Source: an uncultured Rhodospirillaceae bacterium | GTDB taxonomy: Bacteria; Pseudomonadota; Alphaproteobacteria; MPNO01; UBA830 | DNA length: 64,000 bases | NCBI GenBank assembly: GCA_963977005.1 | Contig: CAXBMQ010000012.1 | Location: 4,307-68,306, forward strand | Direction: 5' to 3' | Shown: one piece after another, positions 1 to 10,724 of the stretch | Numbering within the stretch: position 1 is the stretch's first letter | How the letters are laid out: the number at the start of each line of letters is the position of its first letter | Notes under the pieces: generated by a model | What the model saw: the letters and a program-made list of their open reading frames with translations, nothing else | What the model was told of the DNA's origin: nothing | Databases searched by the model: none | Position numbers and translations under genes: made by a program

Positions 1-1
1 G

Positions 2-1636
2 AATGCCCTTCACGTTCTGGGCGCGGTACGCCTCCGTCAGAACGACCCGGAAAACGCGATCAGATTCCTGACGCAGGCCCGCAAAAGCGCACCTGCCAAC
101 GGTGAAATTCTGGCGAATCTCGGCGCAGCCCATCGCGCTTCGGGATCTCCGGATGAGGCCGTCGAGATCCTGGAGGAAGCGATCCTTCTGGCACCGGAAA
201 ATTCATCGGCTCATTTCAACCTCGCAAATGCGTATGTCGATGCCGGCAAGACAGACCTTGCCCTGACCGCCTATCGGCACGTGATCGATCTCGTCCCGGA
301 TCACCTCGCAGCACATGGCACCGTCGCAGAGATACTGCGCGACGCCGGTAATACGGATGCCGCGCTGGAAGAATTCGAGACGCTGGACCGGCTCGCGCCC
401 GACAATCCGGATACGCTGAACGCAATTGGCGTCCTGCATGCGGGCCGCGGAGCGCTCGAAAAAGCGGAGCTACATCTGCGCAAGGCGGTCGCACTTGCCC
501 CGGACAACCATGAATTCGCGGCAAACCTCGCAAACGTTCTGGCAAAGACGTTTCGCACAGACGAAGCGCTCTCGTTTTATTCGGGGGCCCTTGATGACAC
601 GCCCGACGACCCGGACCTGCTATGCAATATCGGCAATGCCGTCAGCCATCGCGGCGACAACATCGGGGCGGCTGAAAAATACCGGCGCGCCCTCGAACTC
701 GATCCCGATCATGTCGACGCCCATGCCGGGCTCGCCAATAATCTGCTGGCCAACGGGCAGTTCGGCGAAGGCTGGACGCATTTTCTCCGTCGCACAAGCG
801 TTCTCGCCTTCGCGTCACAGCTCGACCGCACGCCGCTGGCCTCGGACCTCAGCGGAACACGTGTGGTCGTGTTCGCCGATCAGGGACTTGGCGACCAGGT
901 GTTCTTCGCCCGCTATCTTCCGGAACTCCGGGCCCGCGGCGCACATGTGACGTTCCGTCCCGACCCGCGCATCGCCGGGATGCTCCGTCGCGCGGACGTC
1001 GCAGACGACATCGCTCCCGAAGCCAACCCGACAGACGGCGATCGAATCGTATCGGCAGGCGACCTGCCGTATCTACTGAACTGCGGCGACGATTCCCCGC
1101 TGCCGCCCCCGTTTGAGATCGATTCCCTGCCTGCCCATGAGGACCCCTTGCGCGCACGGCTCGCCGCCTTCGGTCCGGGCCCGTGGATCGGCGTTACCTG
1201 GCGGGCGGGCACACCCAACATGCGCCAGGCCCTGCTTAAAGAAGCGCCGGCCTCTCTCTTCGCCTCGGCGCTCCGGGACGTAGAGGGCTCGGTGATCGTC
1301 ATCCAGCGCGGCGCGGCCGAAGGGGAAACGGACCGCTTCGCGACCGTCCTCGGACGGCCGGTCCTCGACCTTTCGTCGGCCAATGAAGATATCGAGGATC
1401 TTCTTGCCCTCTCGGGACTACTGGACCGCTATGTCAGCGTCAGTAACACGATGACCCACCTGCGCGCTGCCCGCCTGAAGTCCTCCGACGTTATCGTTCC
1501 GCGCCCGGCGGAATACCGGTGGATGAATGCCGGCGATTCGAGCCCGTGGTTCCCGGGTTCGCGAATCTATCGCCAGATGACGGACGGGACCTGGCCGCCG
1601 GTTTTTGACGCCCTGTCGGTATCGCTAAAGGAATAG
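2..1636 (+). CDS. TPR-repeat protein with a C-terminal glycosyltransferase family 9 (heptosyltransferase)-like domain; 5' end lies outside the window
   Basis: The reading frame is open from base 2. The N-terminal half is TPR repeats (ANLGAAH.., NLANAY.., AIGVLHA..). The C-terminal half has GT9-like motifs (VVVFADQGLGDQVFFARYLPEL; LLALSGLLDRYVSVSNTMTHLRAA). Confidence 0.7.
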   Translation, partial: NALHVLGAVRLRQNDPENAIRFLTQARKSAPANGEILANLGAAHRASGSPDEAVEILEEAILLAPENSSAHFNLANAYVDAGKTDLALTAYRHVIDLVPDHLAAHGTVAEILRDAGNTDAALEEFETLDRLAPDNPDTLNAIGVLHAGRGALEKAELHLRKAVALAPDNHEFAANLANVLAKTFRTDEALSFYSGALDDTPDDPDLLCNIGNAVSHRGDNIGAAEKYRRALELDPDHVDAHAGLANNLLANGQFGEGWTHFLRRTSVLAFASQLDRTPLASDLSGTRVVVFADQGLGDQVFFARYLPELRARGAHVTFRPDPRIAGMLRRADVADDIAPEANPTDGDRIVSAGDLPYLLNCGDDSPLPPPFEIDSLPAHEDPLRARLAAFGPGPWIGVTWRAGTPNMRQALLKEAPASLFASALRDVEGSVIVIQRGAAEGETDRFATVLGRPVLDLSSANEDIEDLLALSGLLDRYVSVSNTMTHLRAARLKSSDVIVPRPAEYRWMNAGDSSPWFPGSRIYRQMTDGTWPPVFDALSVSLKE

Positions 1637-1643
1637 CCGACAC

Positions 1644-2375
1644 ATGGAAATGACCCGGCCACTGCGCCATGACCTGAACGTCTCGACACCGGCATTTCCG
1701 GTTTTTGTCGGTTATGACCGGCGCGAAGATATCGCCTATCAGGTCTGCTGCAGCTCGCTGCTCAGAAACACCTCGGTCCCGCTCGATGTCCGCCCGCTGG
1801 TCCAGGACAACCTTCGTGCCCAGGGCCTGTACACGCGGGGGGTCGACCCGCTGGCATCAACCGATTTCACCTATACACGGTTTTTCGTCCCCTATCTTGC
1901 CGGATACCGGGGATGGGCGCTGTTCTGCGATTGCGATTTCCTGTGGCTCGCCGATATCGCGGAACTCATCGCGAGAGCCGATGACCGTTATGCCGTAATG
2001 TGCGTCCATCACGATCATCGTCCGACCGAACGGCACAAGATGGACGGTCAGCAGCAAACCCTGTACCCGCGCAAGAACTGGTCATCGATGGTTCTGTTCA
2101 ATTGCGGCCACGACGCCAACCGGATACTCACGCCGGACCTCGCGAACCGCGAGACCGGCAAGTATCTCCATCGCTTCGGCTGGCTGGACGACGATCTGAT
2201 CGGCGCCCTGCCCGAAACCTGGAATTGGCTGGAAGGCTGGAACGACAAGCCTGAAACTGGCACACCGTCGGCAATCCACTATACTCGGGGCGGACCCTGG
2301 TTCGAAGACTGGAAAGACGTCGATTATGCCGATCACTGGCTCCGCGAGGAGAGCGCATACCGCACCCGCGGATAG
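1644..2375 (+). CDS. GT8-family-like glycosyltransferase (nucleotide-diphospho-sugar transferase fold)
   Basis: 243 aa, 7 nt downstream of the preceding gene. It has a DxD-like motif (FCDCDFLW) and a C-terminal H..G..PW motif (IHYTRGGPWF) typical of GT8 enzymes. Confidence 0.55.
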   Translation: MEMTRPLRHDLNVSTPAFPVFVGYDRREDIAYQVCCSSLLRNTSVPLDVRPLVQDNLRAQGLYTRGVDPLASTDFTYTRFFVPYLAGYRGWALFCDCDFLWLADIAELIARADDRYAVMCVHHDHRPTERHKMDGQQQTLYPRKNWSSMVLFNCGHDANRILTPDLANRETGKYLHRFGWLDDDLIGALPETWNWLEGWNDKPETGTPSAIHYTRGGPWFEDWKDVDYADHWLREESAYRTRG

Positions 2376-2387
2376 AAAACTTCCATC

Positions 2388-3104
2388 ATGCGTCCGCTGA
2401 TCGGTATCACCCTCGATTCCGAGGACCCGGGCACGTATTCGAAATTTCCGTGGTACGCTATCCGGGAAAATTATTCGTCCGCGGTTTCCGATGCGGGTGG
2501 GTTATCGGTCATGCTGCCGCACGAACTGGACCGGGTGGAGGACTATCTCAACCTGATTTCCGGACTTGTTGTCACCGGCGGCGCATTCGACGTGGATCCG
2601 GCCCTGTTCGGCGCCGAGGCACGTCATCCGTCCGTTGTCGTCAAAGCCGCGCGCACCGATTTCGAATGGGCGGTCACCGAGGGCGCGCTGAAGCGCAACA
2701 TGCCGGTACTCGGCATCTGTGGCGGACAACAGCTTCTCAACGTCGTCCTTGGCGGTACGCTGATCCAGCATATCCCCGACGAGATAGACAATCCGCTCGC
2801 CCATGAACAGCCCAACCCGCGCGACGAGGCAGGGCACGACGTCACGGTGACAGAAGGCACCCTGCTCCACCGTATTGCAGGCAACACACGGCTTTCAGTG
2901 AATTCCGCCCACCACCAGGCAGTGAAAGACGTTGGTGAAAATGTCACGATCAACAGTGTCGCCGCCGACGGCGTGATCGAAGGAATAGAAGCCTCGGAAT
3001 ACGACTTCTGTCTGGGGGTCCAATGGCACCCCGAATTTTCGATCGATCCGGCAGATGCCCGTATTTTCAAGGCATTCATCGCCGCCGCAGGCGCCCACAC
3101 ATGA
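2388..3104 (+). CDS. Class I glutamine amidotransferase, gamma-glutamyl-GABA hydrolase (peptidase C26/PuuD) family
   Basis: Contains the GICGGQQLLNV nucleophile-elbow motif and the C-terminal HHQ/WHPEF motifs. Confidence 0.85.
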   Translation: MRPLIGITLDSEDPGTYSKFPWYAIRENYSSAVSDAGGLSVMLPHELDRVEDYLNLISGLVVTGGAFDVDPALFGAEARHPSVVVKAARTDFEWAVTEGALKRNMPVLGICGGQQLLNVVLGGTLIQHIPDEIDNPLAHEQPNPRDEAGHDVTVTEGTLLHRIAGNTRLSVNSAHHQAVKDVGENVTINSVAADGVIEGIEASEYDFCLGVQWHPEFSIDPADARIFKAFIAAAGAHT

Positions 3105-3856
3105 CCGATCAAAAGGGCGAACGGATCGCAAAGCGGTTGTCGCGCGCGGGCGTGTGTTCCCGCCGCGAAGCCGAACGCTGGATCGCGGATGGCCGGGTCT
3201 GGGTCAATGGCAAGAAAATTTCGGAACCGGGTACACTTGTTACCGATACCTGCGATATCCGCGTCGACCGCAAGCCCATCGCGGAACCGCAGGCGACCCG
3301 GTTATGGCGCTATCACAAACCGACCGGCCTGATCTGCAGCAATAGCGACCCGCGCGGCCGCCCGACGGTTTTCGAACGACTGCCCACGCACCTGCCCCGC
3401 GTCATGTCGGTCGGTCGTCTCGATTTCGATTCCGAAGGATTATTGCTCCTTACCAATGACGGCGGCATCGCCCGGCGCCTCGAACTGCCGGAGACAGGCT
3501 GGGTACGCCGCTACCGCGTGCGCATGTTCGGCACACCCACCGCAAAGGAAATCGAACTTCTGGCCAAAGGCATCACGGTAGAGGGCATGAAATACGGCGC
3601 GATCGAGGCGACCATCGACAGCGCCAAGGGCAGAAACGCGTGGGTCACGGTCGCGCTCCGCGAAGGGAAAAACCGCGAGATCCGAAAGGTTTTCGAGCAT
3701 CTCGGATACCCGGTGAACCGGCTTATCCGTACCGCGTACGGACCGTTCCAACTCGGCAAGCTCGGCCGCGGCGGCGTCGAAGAAGTACCCCGCCGCACGC
3801 TTAAAGATCAACTCGGCCTGGATACATCCAATGCGCATCGTGGCCGGCAGGCATAG
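3101..3856 (+). CDS. rRNA pseudouridine synthase (RsuA/RluB family) with an N-terminal S4 domain
   Basis: The ATG at 3101 overlaps the upstream stop (ATGA). S4 motif RLSRAGVCSRREAERWI; catalytic region VGRLDFDSEGLLLLTNDG. Confidence 0.85.
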   Translation: MTDQKGERIAKRLSRAGVCSRREAERWIADGRVWVNGKKISEPGTLVTDTCDIRVDRKPIAEPQATRLWRYHKPTGLICSNSDPRGRPTVFERLPTHLPRVMSVGRLDFDSEGLLLLTNDGGIARRLELPETGWVRRYRVRMFGTPTAKEIELLAKGITVEGMKYGAIEATIDSAKGRNAWVTVALREGKNREIRKVFEHLGYPVNRLIRTAYGPFQLGKLGRGGVEEVPRRTLKDQLGLDTSNAHRGRQA

Positions 3857-4406
3857 AGGCCGCCTTATCGACGCCCCAGAGGGCAACCACATCCGCCCGA
3901 CATCGGACCGCGTTCGCGAATCCGTGTTCAATATTCTGGAACACCGCGACTGGGGGCCGGGCGGGCTCTCGGTGGTCAGCGGCGCCAGGATATTCGACGG
4001 TTTCTGCGGCACCGGTGCGCTCGGCCTCGAGGCGCTGAGCCGGGGCGGGGCGCATGTCACGTTCATGGACAAGAACCGGGCGGCGCTCGACCTCTGCCGA
4101 CGCAACCTCGACACACTGGGCGAACGTTCGTCAGCGGACGTCCTGCAGGGAGATTGCCTGAAACCCGTTCGGCCCGCCGTACCCTGTGAGCTGATTCTCC
4201 TCGACCCACCCTACAAAGCGGACCTGGCCGCTCCCGCGCTCTCCGCTCTTCGGGATGCCGGCTGGCTCGCCCCCGGCGCCATCTGTGCGGTCGAAACCGA
4301 AGCGGCAGGGGAACCGGAATTTCCCGAAGATTTCGATAAGCTCGATAGCCGGAAATACGGTGCGGCACGCGTCCATTTCCTGCGCTATCGGGACTCCACC
4401 GGCTAA
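3831..4406 (+). CDS. rsmD: 16S rRNA (guanine966-N2)-methyltransferase RsmD
   Basis: N-terminal MRIVAG.., SAM-binding motif FDGFCGTGALGLEALSRG, and the D-P-P-Y motif (LILLDPPY). Confidence 0.85.
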   Translation: MRIVAGRHRGRLIDAPEGNHIRPTSDRVRESVFNILEHRDWGPGGLSVVSGARIFDGFCGTGALGLEALSRGGAHVTFMDKNRAALDLCRRNLDTLGERSSADVLQGDCLKPVRPAVPCELILLDPPYKADLAAPALSALRDAGWLAPGAICAVETEAAGEPEFPEDFDKLDSRKYGAARVHFLRYRDSTG

Positions 4407-4623
4407 ACCGCCGGCAAGCCAGCGGATACGCCGGCTTTTATGCTTTCAATTGAACGGGCGGGCGCCTATATACGCGTCGCCATGGATAAATCACCGCATA
4501 TCACTTCGGGTTTCGCGTGCGAGATCTCGATGCCCGGGCCGAAACCGGTTCCGGTATCCCGCCTCATCGCCCCGATACGGTTCCGCCTCTCATAGCCGCT
4601 ATCTTCGGATAACGGCATGTGAC

Positions 4624-4650
4624 GGGCGAACCAATGGTTCGCCCTTTTTG
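4624..4650 (+). terminator. Perfect GC-rich hairpin plus T-run 24 nt upstream of the MATE gene start; possible intrinsic terminator or attenuator
   Basis: gggcgaaccaatggttcgccc followed by tttttg. It lies in a 267-bp non-coding leader. Confidence 0.4.
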
Positions 4651-4673
4651 ATTCTGGAAATGGAAATTCCGAT

Positions 4674-6110
4674 ATGACGGCCAATTCTTCACCCCTGGGG
4701 TCCACGCCCCCGCGATCCAGGGCGTTCTGGCGTCTCGAGCTCGCGGAAATGACCCGGCTCGGCGCACCCATCGTTTTCACCCAGCTTGCCTGGGTCGCCA
4801 TGCTGACCACCGATACCGCCATGATCGGCCGTCTCGGGCCCGACGCCCTTGCCGGTGCATCGCTCAGCCTGATGGTATTCTTCATGACGTGGGTGTTCTG
4901 CTTCGGCGTCGTGATGGCGACGGCGGCGCTTGCGTCGCAGGCTTTCGGTGCACGAAAGCCGCGGATGATCCGTCGCGTGATCCGGCAGGGGTTCTGGGTA
5001 ACCGTCATCCTCACGGTGCCGGCGATGATCGCATTCCAGTACACGCCCGACCTGCTCCGCGTGCTGTCCCAACCGCCCGAAATTCTCCCCCATGCAGATG
5101 CCTATATGAGCACCCTGATGTGGAGCCTGATGCCGAGTATCGGGTATGCGGTGGTCCGTAATTTTATCTCGTCGCTGAACCGTCCGGCGCCGGCGTTATG
5201 GGTGATGTTGGCGGGTGTGCCGCTGAACGGATTGCTCGACTACGCGCTGATCTTCGGGAATTTCGGTTTGCCCCGGCTGGAACTCGTCGGTGCGGGCATT
5301 GCGACATCGATAATCAACTGGCTGATGTTTCTTGTCCTGCTCGCCATCGCCGTCTTCGCGAAGCCTTTCCGGCGTTATGGCATTCTCGGACGTTTCTGGC
5401 GGCCGGACTGGTTCCAGTTCCGCCAGATATTCCGGATCGGCCTGCCGATTGCCGCCATGAGTATGCTTGAAGCGGGGTTCTTTTTCAGTTCGATCTTTAT
5501 CGTCGGGCAGTTCGGCGCGCATGCTATCGCGGCAACGATGATCGCGCTGCAGATGCCGCACATTACTTTTATGGTGCCGATGGGCCTGGGTCAGGCGGCG
5601 ACTGTCCGCGTCGGGCAGGCCGTCGGGCGACGCGACGTTCGCGGCGCCTATCGATCCGGGTGGGTGGCCCTTTCGATTGCGCTCGCCTTCATGTCGGTCA
5701 TGACCGCTATCGTGCTGGCAATTCCGCAAACCTTCGCATCCATCTATCTCGACAGCAGTCATCCGGATAGTTCTGCAGTCCTGGCACTTGCCGCATCCTA
5801 TCTGATCTATGCCGCGTTCTTTCAGGCGGCAGACGGTATACAGGCCGTCGCTGCCGGGGCGCTGCGGGGACTCAGCGACACCACCTGGCCTATGGTGATC
5901 GCCGCCTTCAGCTATTGGGGAATCGGCCTGACCAGCGGGCTGGCGCTGGCATTCTGGGGCGGTTTCGAGGCCGCCGGTCTATGGATGGGCTTCGTCCTTG
6001 GCCTGTCGAGCGCCGCGTTTCTGCTCACCCGGCGTTTCCGGCACCTTCAGCGGCGCGGCTATATCCCGGCGGTGCAGGAGAGCGACACGGGCCCTGTCGC
6101 CGCCGCGTGA
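4674..6110 (+). CDS. MATE family multidrug/toxin efflux transporter
   Basis: 478 aa polytopic membrane protein with two MatE repeats (12 predicted TM segments). Typical NorM-like N terminus. Confidence 0.85.
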   Translation: MTANSSPLGSTPPRSRAFWRLELAEMTRLGAPIVFTQLAWVAMLTTDTAMIGRLGPDALAGASLSLMVFFMTWVFCFGVVMATAALASQAFGARKPRMIRRVIRQGFWVTVILTVPAMIAFQYTPDLLRVLSQPPEILPHADAYMSTLMWSLMPSIGYAVVRNFISSLNRPAPALWVMLAGVPLNGLLDYALIFGNFGLPRLELVGAGIATSIINWLMFLVLLAIAVFAKPFRRYGILGRFWRPDWFQFRQIFRIGLPIAAMSMLEAGFFFSSIFIVGQFGAHAIAATMIALQMPHITFMVPMGLGQAATVRVGQAVGRRDVRGAYRSGWVALSIALAFMSVMTAIVLAIPQTFASIYLDSSHPDSSAVLALAASYLIYAAFFQAADGIQAVAAGALRGLSDTTWPMVIAAFSYWGIGLTSGLALAFWGGFEAAGLWMGFVLGLSSAAFLLTRRFRHLQRRGYIPAVQESDTGPVAAA

Positions 6111-6111
6111 G

Positions 6112-7947
6112 CTACCGACGGCCGAAAAGCCGTTCTATATCCGACAGGTCCAGCTCGACATATGTCGGACGGCCATGATTGCACTGCCCGGAATGGGGCG
6201 TAACCTCCATCTCCCGCAGCAGGGCGTTCATTTCCTCGGAGGTCAGCCGACGTCCGGCACGAACGCTGCCATGGCATGCCATGGTCGAACACACGTCTTC
6301 GAGCCGTTCCTTCAGGGCAAGCCCGGCACCGAATTCTTCGAGATCGTCCGCAAGGTCCCGCAGAAGCCCTGTCACGTCGGACTGGCCGAGTAACGCAGGC
6401 ACTTCGCGGACGACCACCGCCCCGGGGCCGAATTTTTCGATCGACAACCCCAGTTCCTCGAACTCGGCAGCGCGTTCGCACAACCGGTCGACGGCGGCTT
6501 CGTCCATCTCGACGACCTCCGGGATCAAAAGGCCCTGGCGCCTGGCACCGCCCTCGGCAAGCGCGGTCTTCATGCGTTCGTAAACCAGTCTTTCATGCGC
6601 TGCATGCTGATCGACGATGACGATACCGGTTTCGGTCTGGGCGACGATATATGTCTCGTGCACCTGCGCACGGGCCGCGCCGAGGGGGAAGTTCGTTGCC
6701 GGCGACGCTTGCGGCTGGGCATATCCGTCCGTTGCAACCCGTGCAGACGGCGCATCGAAGGCATTCAGCACGCCTGTAGATGGCGGCGCCTGATAGGCCG
6801 CCGCAATTTCCGCCAGTTCGCCCGGCAATGCCGATGACTGACGCCAGGGCATTACCCCCCCACCGGGAACGCCTCCCGTCGCTGCGCCCGCATGGCCGGC
6901 GTGAAAAGCACCCAGCGCCGCCGCGGCGACCGTCGTCGACGCCTTGTGACCGGCCGCTTCCAGCGCATGACGTAGCCCGCCGACAATCAGCCCGCGCACC
7001 AGCCCCGCGTCCTGAAACCGAACCTCGGCCTTGGCCGGATGCACGTTAACGTCAACGCATTCCGGCGGCACGTCGAGAAACAGCGCCACCATCGGGTGAC
7101 GGTTACGCGCGAGAAAATCCTGATAGGCACCGCGCACCGCCCCGACCAGCAGGCGATCCTGCACCGGGCGGCCATTGACGAACAGATACTGCGCCCGCGC
7201 GTTTCCCCGGTTCAGCGTCGGGACGCCGGCATAACCGGAGAGCCTGATACCACCGCGCTCGGCCGAGACGGCAACGGCATTATCGGCAAATTCGCGTCCC
7301 ATCACCGCCGACAGACGGTCGAGCCGCGCAGTCAGAAGGTCTCCCTGGGCGGGGCCGTAACGGAAGCGCGTCCGGTCTTCGTCGGCCAGCGAGAACGCGA
7401 TCTCCGGATGCGCCATCGCAAGCCGCTTGATCGCATCGGCAGCATGATCGACTTCGGTCCGCGGCGTCTTGAGGAATTTCAGCCGCGCAGGCGTCGCGTA
7501 GAACAGGTCGCGGACTTCGATACGCGTGCCGTTCCCGAGCGCCGCCGGCTTTGGCGGCTCCCTGCGCCCGCCTTCGATCAGGATGGCGTATGCCTCGGAT
7601 GCGCCGGCCGCACGACTGGTGATAGACAGCCGCGAGACGGCACCGATAGACGGCAACGCTTCTCCCCGAAAGCCGAGGGTACGGATATCGACAAGATCGT
7701 CGTCCGGCAGCTTGGAGGTCGCATGACGTTCAACAGCGAGTTCAAGCTCGTCCGCCGTCATCCCGCACCCGTCATCCGTGACCGAGATCAGGAGTCTGCC
7801 ACCGTCCTCAAGAACGACGTCGATGTGACGCGCTCCCGCATCGATAGCGTTCTCGACGAGTTCCTTCACTGCAGCGGCCGGCCGTTCGATCACCTCGCCT
7901 GCCGCTATACGGTTGACCAGCGTTTCGGGCAGACGGCGAAGGGTCAA
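6112..7947 (-). CDS. mutL: DNA mismatch repair protein MutL
   Basis: GHKL ATPase N terminus ([29 protein letters not shown]), 611 aa, C-terminal dimerisation domain. Confidence 0.92.
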   Translation of the reverse strand: MTLRRLPETLVNRIAAGEVIERPAAAVKELVENAIDAGARHIDVVLEDGGRLLISVTDDGCGMTADELELAVERHATSKLPDDDLVDIRTLGFRGEALPSIGAVSRLSITSRAAGASEAYAILIEGGRREPPKPAALGNGTRIEVRDLFYATPARLKFLKTPRTEVDHAADAIKRLAMAHPEIAFSLADEDRTRFRYGPAQGDLLTARLDRLSAVMGREFADNAVAVSAERGGIRLSGYAGVPTLNRGNARAQYLFVNGRPVQDRLLVGAVRGAYQDFLARNRHPMVALFLDVPPECVDVNVHPAKAEVRFQDAGLVRGLIVGGLRHALEAAGHKASTTVAAAALGAFHAGHAGAATGGVPGGGVMPWRQSSALPGELAEIAAAYQAPPSTGVLNAFDAPSARVATDGYAQPQASPATNFPLGAARAQVHETYIVAQTETGIVIVDQHAAHERLVYERMKTALAEGGARRQGLLIPEVVEMDEAAVDRLCERAAEFEELGLSIEKFGPGAVVVREVPALLGQSDVTGLLRDLADDLEEFGAGLALKERLEDVCSTMACHGSVRAGRRLTSEEMNALLREMEVTPHSGQCNHGRPTYVELDLSDIERLFGRR

Positions 7948-9257
7948 GAGCGTCTCCCTTTGGCAAGATACTCACGGGCAAGAATTTTGCCTTCCTCTAC
8001 CGCCGGCTGATCGAATGCGTTAACGCCGATAAGATCGGCGGCAATGACGGTTTCGAGCATGAAATGCATCATGAGTGCGCCCATGGCATTTTCATCGACC
8101 GCCGGAACATCGAATATCCGCGTCGGGCGGCCGTTATTGGCCAGTGTTTCCGCCGTCGCACGCCCGGCCGCAGCGAACAGATCGCCCATCGTCCGGTCGC
8201 TGAGATAGGACAACCCGTCGATATCGGCAAAGTCCGGCGGCACAGCGGCGCCCTGTCCGCCGGTGTCGGTCAGAATCAAAGTGAACATCTTGTCGGCCGG
8301 GCCGTCGAGGTAAAGCTGCAACTGGCTGTGCTGATCGACCGTGCCCAGCGCCCGGACAGGCGTGCTGCCCTCGCCGTTCTTTCCGAGGCTTTCCGCCCAG
8401 AGCTGGCAATACCAAAGCCCCAGATCGGCCATGCGGTCGCAATAGGGCATCAGGACGCTGATGGCCATTGCTGTGTGCCGGTTCAGGCCGACGGATGCCG
8501 CCGCACCGGCGGCCGGCGGTATATCCACCGCCCTGTCCCCCGAAAGCAGCCGGTCGAGCACCACACCTGCCCCGTTGCGCAGGCCTTCGATATCGAAGCC
8601 GGCAATCGCGGCGGGTAACAGCCCGGTCACCGACAGAACCGAATACCGGCCACCGATCTCCGGATGATGATCGAGCACCCGGCAGCCATACTCCCGGGCG
8701 ATAATCGCGAGCGGGTTTTCGGTCGGCTCCGTGATCGCAACGAGATGATCCGCGATCGACCCTTCTGAAACCTGCCCCCGAAGCGCCTCGAGCGACGCGG
8801 CAAGCTGAAGCAGTGTCTCCGCGGTCGACCCCGATTTGGAGATAGCGATAACACCGGTACGCCGCCAGTCGAGGCCGGCGATCAGCGCATCGAAGGTATG
8901 GGGATCGACATTGTCCATAAAATGAAGTCGGGGCGCCCCCGGGCGTCTTGCCAAACCGGTTCCCGCAACCGAACACAGGGTCTGACCGCCCAGAGACGAG
9001 CCGCCCGTTCCGAGAACCACCACATCGTCGAACGCTTCGCGGTAACGATCCGCGACCTCGGAAATCTCTGCGAGGTCGTCTCGGCGTGCGGGTAATCTCA
9101 GTACCGGCAGCATATTTTCGCTGTGGGCGGTGCGAAGCCGCTGTAAGGCTTTTTCTGCACCCTCGACGTAGAGATCGAAGCTGGCGGAATCCAATCCTCC
9201 ATCGCCGATTTCGGCGGAGAAGCAATCGGTCAGGTCCTGTGTGTAAGGCATGTTCAT
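7944..9257 (-). CDS. pgi: Glucose-6-phosphate isomerase (short-form PGI/SIS family)
   Basis: 437 aa with SIS-domain motifs ([12 protein letters not shown]; [11 protein letters not shown]). Overlaps the mutL start by 4 nt. Confidence 0.6.
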   Translation of the reverse strand: MNMPYTQDLTDCFSAEIGDGGLDSASFDLYVEGAEKALQRLRTAHSENMLPVLRLPARRDDLAEISEVADRYREAFDDVVVLGTGGSSLGGQTLCSVAGTGLARRPGAPRLHFMDNVDPHTFDALIAGLDWRRTGVIAISKSGSTAETLLQLAASLEALRGQVSEGSIADHLVAITEPTENPLAIIAREYGCRVLDHHPEIGGRYSVLSVTGLLPAAIAGFDIEGLRNGAGVVLDRLLSGDRAVDIPPAAGAAASVGLNRHTAMAISVLMPYCDRMADLGLWYCQLWAESLGKNGEGSTPVRALGTVDQHSQLQLYLDGPADKMFTLILTDTGGQGAAVPPDFADIDGLSYLSDRTMGDLFAAAGRATAETLANNGRPTRIFDVPAVDENAMGALMMHFMLETVIAADLIGVNAFDQPAVEEGKILAREYLAKGRRS

Positions 9258-9301
9258 GAGCGGAAATCCGCGCTCACCTTAAGTCATGACGGCGAATCAG
9301 G

Positions 9302-9328
9302 AAAAGGGCGTGTCGCTCTTCTTCGCCC
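9302..9328 (-). terminator. Rho-independent terminator downstream of the M16 peptidase pair
   Basis: On the minus strand: GGGCGAAGAAGAGCGACACGCCC hairpin followed by TTTTCC. Confidence 0.45.
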
Positions 9329-9383
9329 TTCTTCGCCGCGTTCTGTGGATAAATCGCCTCAAATTTCCGGCAACAGCCGAAAA

Positions 9384-10724
9384 CTAGGGTTTTTCGTCGA
9401 TTCCCTTCGGATCGCCGACGATAACGACCGTCAGATCGTCTGCCCTGTACAACCGCTTCGCCACCCGATTGGCGTCGTCGAGAGAGATGGAATTGATCAA
9501 CGCAGGACGCTTCTTGATGTAATCCATACCGAGATCGGAAATCTGGATACCGACCAGCATATTCGCGATACCACGGCTTGAGCCAAGGCGAAGCGGGAAC
9601 GACCCGTTCATATAGGTTTTCGCGTTCGCCAGTTCCCGAGCCGTAATGCCTTTTGCCGAAAGTTTCCGCCATTCGTCCCGGATAACCGAGAGAGATTCCG
9701 CGGCCCGCGCATTCTGGGTGGCGACCCCCCCGGCGAGGAGTGCGGAATGTTCCATCGGGCTGAGATAGGCATAGACCGAATAGGCAAGGCCACGCTTTTC
9801 GCGAATTTCTTCATACAAACGCGAGCTCAACCCGCCGCCGCCGAAAACGCGCGTCACCAGCAGCGCCGCGTACCAGTCCTTATCGTCGCGCTTCAACCCC
9901 GCATGGCCCAGGATCATCATGCTTTGCGGTATCTGCTTGCGGACGATCAAGGTCTTGCCGCTGCCGGCCGGCTCGGTTTCGGGAATCGCGAATGTCCGTC
10001 CGGTGGCGGGCAAGTCGCCGAACACGCTATCGAGGCGGCGTTTGAGCTCTTCTTCCGAAATATCGCCGACAACACCGACGACCAGGCGGTCCCGGCTGAA
10101 ACGATCGCGGATAAACGACCTCAGATCGTCGGCGGTGAGCGTGGCGACCGTCTTCTCGGTGCCGTCAGACGGCTTTGAATAGGGATGGTCCGGAAACACC
10201 GTTTCGGACCACAAACGACCGGAAATCGTCCGCGGGTTTTTTGCCTGCTGACGCAGGGATGCAAGCATCTGCGACCGGATACGTGTGACGGGGCCTTCGT
10301 CGAAGCGGGGTGCATTGAGCGCCAGTCGCAGCAAACCGAACGCTTTTTCACGCTCTGCCGCCAGTGTCCGTAACTGGCCGGTAAACGTATCCCGTCCCGC
10401 GCTGAACGTCATCTGGGCGGCGATTTCCTCGAGCGCCCGCTGGAACGCCTGGGATTTCAGATCGCCCGCCCCTTCGTCCAGCAGGCCGGATGTCATTTCG
10501 GCCAGTCCCTCTTTCCCGTCAGGGTCGGTCGCCGATCCGGCATTCCGGAACGCAAAGCTCATCGCCACGAGCGGCACGGATTTGTCGGGCACAAACCATG
10601 CGACGATACCCTTGTCCGAAACGACTTTGCGGATATCCATCGCATACAGCCGGTTGGTAGGAACAAGGACGGACAGCGCGAATGCCGCGACGACGAGACC
10701 GGGTATGATCCGCGATACCTTCAT
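9384..10724 (-). CDS. M16 (pitrilysin/insulinase) family zinc peptidase, subunit 2
   Basis: 446 aa with a signal peptide and M16 fold. Overlaps the upstream M16 gene by 4 nt, as in PqqL-like pairs. Confidence 0.85.
   Translation of the reverse strand: MKVSRIIPGLVVAAFALSVLVPTNRLYAMDIRKVVSDKGIVAWFVPDKSVPLVAMSFAFRNAGSATDPDGKEGLAEMTSGLLDEGAGDLKSQAFQRALEEIAAQMTFSAGRDTFTGQLRTLAAEREKAFGLLRLALNAPRFDEGPVTRIRSQMLASLRQQAKNPRTISGRLWSETVFPDHPYSKPSDGTEKTVATLTADDLRSFIRDRFSRDRLVVGVVGDISEEELKRRLDSVFGDLPATGRTFAIPETEPAGSGKTLIVRKQIPQSMMILGHAGLKRDDKDWYAALLVTRVFGGGGLSSRLYEEIREKRGLAYSVYAYLSPMEHSALLAGGVATQNARAAESLSVIRDEWRKLSAKGITARELANAKTYMNGSFPLRLGSSRGIANMLVGIQISDLGMDYIKKRPALINSISLDDANRVAKRLYRADDLTVVIVGDPKGIDEKP

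Noticed and set aside
7039-8010. 323-aa ORF on the + strand
   Set aside because: It is antisense to the mutL/pgi junction and has an Arg-rich composition.
8134-9225. 363-aa ORF on the - strand
   Set aside because: It is an alternative frame inside pgi on the same strand. It is extremely Arg-rich and is not a plausible protein.
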